Below, in pieces: positions 61,600 through 64,000 of a DNA stretch of 64,000 nucleotides. Made by a program: the position numbers and the translations under genes. The stretch is from assembly GCA_964016885.1 (NCBI GenBank), contig OZ024764.1, positions 23,684,001 to 23,748,000 of the forward strand, written 5' to 3'. Source of the DNA: Eledone cirrhosa. Taxonomy: Eukaryota. A model generated the notes under the pieces. That model was not told where the DNA came from, ran no database searches, and was given only the letters and a program-made list of their open reading frames with translations. How positions within the stretch are numbered: position 1 is the first letter of the stretch; every line of letters starts with the position of its first letter.

Positions 61600-64000
61600 A
61601 TGTAGGTTACCAACACTAGGGAGGGCAGCATGTCCTTAAGTGTGTTCTGCTACATTAACTACCAGGAGGTCACCACATGAGACAAAGACTACATTTCAAA
61701 GAAGGGTCATAAAAGAACTAAATACGAAAGTACCCACAGCAACAAGCAAATAATTGAACTTTGGGTCTAGGTTAAGGGGCAGAAGTGCTGCGCCCTGTGG
61801 ATAAGACTGCAGAAGTATTCGCCCCGGACGATGGACAGTGACACCCACTGCAACAGCCACCCCAACCTCATGGGGCTCCCTCTTCAGAAGAGCCACCAAC
61901 GTTCTGATCTTACAGAGGAGCTTGGCAGTACGGGGTCCAAGTACTTCTGAGGTCTCGATGGTGACCGGTGTGAAGAGACCTACAATTGATGTGATCCCAG
62001 TTATGTTGGACTGTAATATACTGGGGTATAGAGAGGCCTTAACTTGTCTTAGCCGGGCCACCCAGGGTTGTGTCATCTAGGTACCAGACAGGGGGAACTA
62101 GACCATGTTGTCAACTGTCACCACCAATAGGAGTGAGGCGAGTGGGTCCCTCTGCTAGACACCATATATAAAACGTATTTGCTAATTACTTTAATGAATA
62201 ATTTGTTTCATACGTAATTATTACTTTTAACACAATATGATTTTGTACACGTGTTTGTTTGAAAACATCTTTCAAAGAAGTATGAGACAGTCTTTTGTAG
62301 TGTTTATTATAATAAATTACTGTATGTTGAGCTGTTTTAACTTCTCCACCTTCTCTTATTTCATATTGTTTTTGTAAGAAAACGAGATCTTTTTCATATA
62401 TATATATGAAGGCGTGTGGCTGAGTGGTTAGAGAATTGGATTCGGAATTGTGAGGTTGTGAGTTCGATTCTCAGACTGGGCGATGCGTTCTGTCCTTGAG
62501 CAAGACATTTTATTTCACGTTGCTCCTTCTACCTGGAGTTGCGACCGATAGATAGTATTAGCAATTGGAAAGACCAATGGAAACATTGTTTCCTCGGTCC
62601 GATTTGACGAAAAGTCGATCATAAAAAATATATAGAGAGAGAAACACACAAACATACACTACTGTATTACATATGTCAGGGGAGACAACTCTCGTTACAT
62701 CCACCTTTCTTTTTGATATACGTCCTTTAAATACTTTCTTCAATGGAACCTGCTTTATTTCGTGTCCTAAGTAGATTTCTGTTTAACTATTTACGAGATT
62801 CACAATGATTCACGTAACCAAGTTACTTACATAGAGATATATTTCACATAGAATCACAACAAATGAAAATATTAAGTCAACACTCTGTCAATCAGTCTCA
62901 CATCACATGGGGTGCTGGAGTCTCCCTCTAATACTTTCTGAGACAGTCTTACCTCGAGTGATAGCAAGGCTAAGATGTTGGAACTACCAAACACCCTCAT
63001 ATCTATCACCTGACACCTCGGTAAGGAGAGCTGCCAACGATAACAAGAACCTCGTTGTCAGGGACCTATCTCCTCCAAACTTCTCCAACACCACAGACTA
63101 GAATATTCTACTCTTTATTCCCTATTAAATATATTTCAGTCTAGTAATTTACTTGTATCTTGTATATATATTTTCAAAACTAACTGTCACATTTGTGAGA
63201 CCCCAGTTAGTGATGTTTTTGTCTCCCTCCCACATCCTACATGCTGTAGTAAAAGTGAGGGTCACTGCTTCTGTAGAGGAACGAAATAAAAGATAAACTA
63301 CCAGTAATTATAAACTACCAGTAATTAAGGAAAGATAATTATTTCCCAGCTAACTGGAGAAATGTGTAGCTCTAATAAACTCCGATAATCCTGTCTCCCA
63401 CTTCTTTATCTACAAATCTAGTCATTTCCTGCTACTTTGTTCCCTGGGGTATGCCGTAGTATTTGACACCATCTATCTGTCTTACTCCCTAACTAGAAAG
63501 AAGTCAATCTGTCTCATGTGCTCACCTGATTGGTAGGTTATTAGGTGGTTGGTAGGTTTCTTGAAGTGTTGCAAATGGTTAGTTCACTTGCATCACAAAA
63601 TACAAGAAGCCTCACTCCTTCTTCATTTCTTGAGCCATAACCATGACCACCATGTACCCCAGTGTATCCATCCTGGAGCTGTCCAACATGACCATTGAAG
63701 TCCCCTGCTATTATAACTAGATCTCTGTCCTCTGTCATTGTGGTTATCTCTACTTATTCCTTTTCTACATATGGAGCAGGGCCACTTTCCTGAAGGTGTC
63801 AGGGTCTTCTCTCCTATCCATTAGCACTTTAGTTTTGGCTAAGTATATTCTCAGAACTTACCATTTCAAATTCTATATCTATAGTTGGTCATCTACATAG
63901 AGAAGTTTCCATAGACTGCCAGTCTTAAACCTCTCTGTTATGGCTTGGAGAACTATGATGAACAACAGTGGGCTAAGAACTAAACCATGATGAACTCCTA

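Overview
AT-rich animal (eukaryotic) genomic DNA. The [16 protein letters not shown] finger framework, the SINEs and the RTE LINEs suggest a coleoid cephalopod such as Octopus (inference). The window is a tandem array of related 11-20 kb units. Each unit has a putative non-coding first exon/promoter, a repeat-filled intron, and one coding exon made only of C2H2 zinc fingers. The four genes are A (5794-7039) and B (16956-18201), a near-identical 11,162-bp duplication with both copies frameshifted; C (34522-35469, 11 fingers); and D (52218-53501, 15 fingers). A fifth unit (E) begins near 59 kb and has lost the promoter/exon 1. The intergenic DNA is layered with mobile elements: hAT (8-bp TSD), Tigger/pogo, RTE and CRE LINEs (one with a PHD finger), non-autonomous Helitrons, SINEs and a 641-bp foldback element (6-bp TSD, with an empty site in a paralog). 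A very young non-autonomous LTR element sits in the TATA box of an older solo LTR of its own family. The most striking detail is its primer-binding site, which matches 32 nt of tRNA-Trp with one mismatch exactly at A58, as expected from reverse-transcriptase read-through of m1A58. A 39-bp intronic minisatellite rich in ACTAAT motifs differs about 3-fold in copy number between paralogs and has a 351-bp higher-order structure. All alignments were done by eye.
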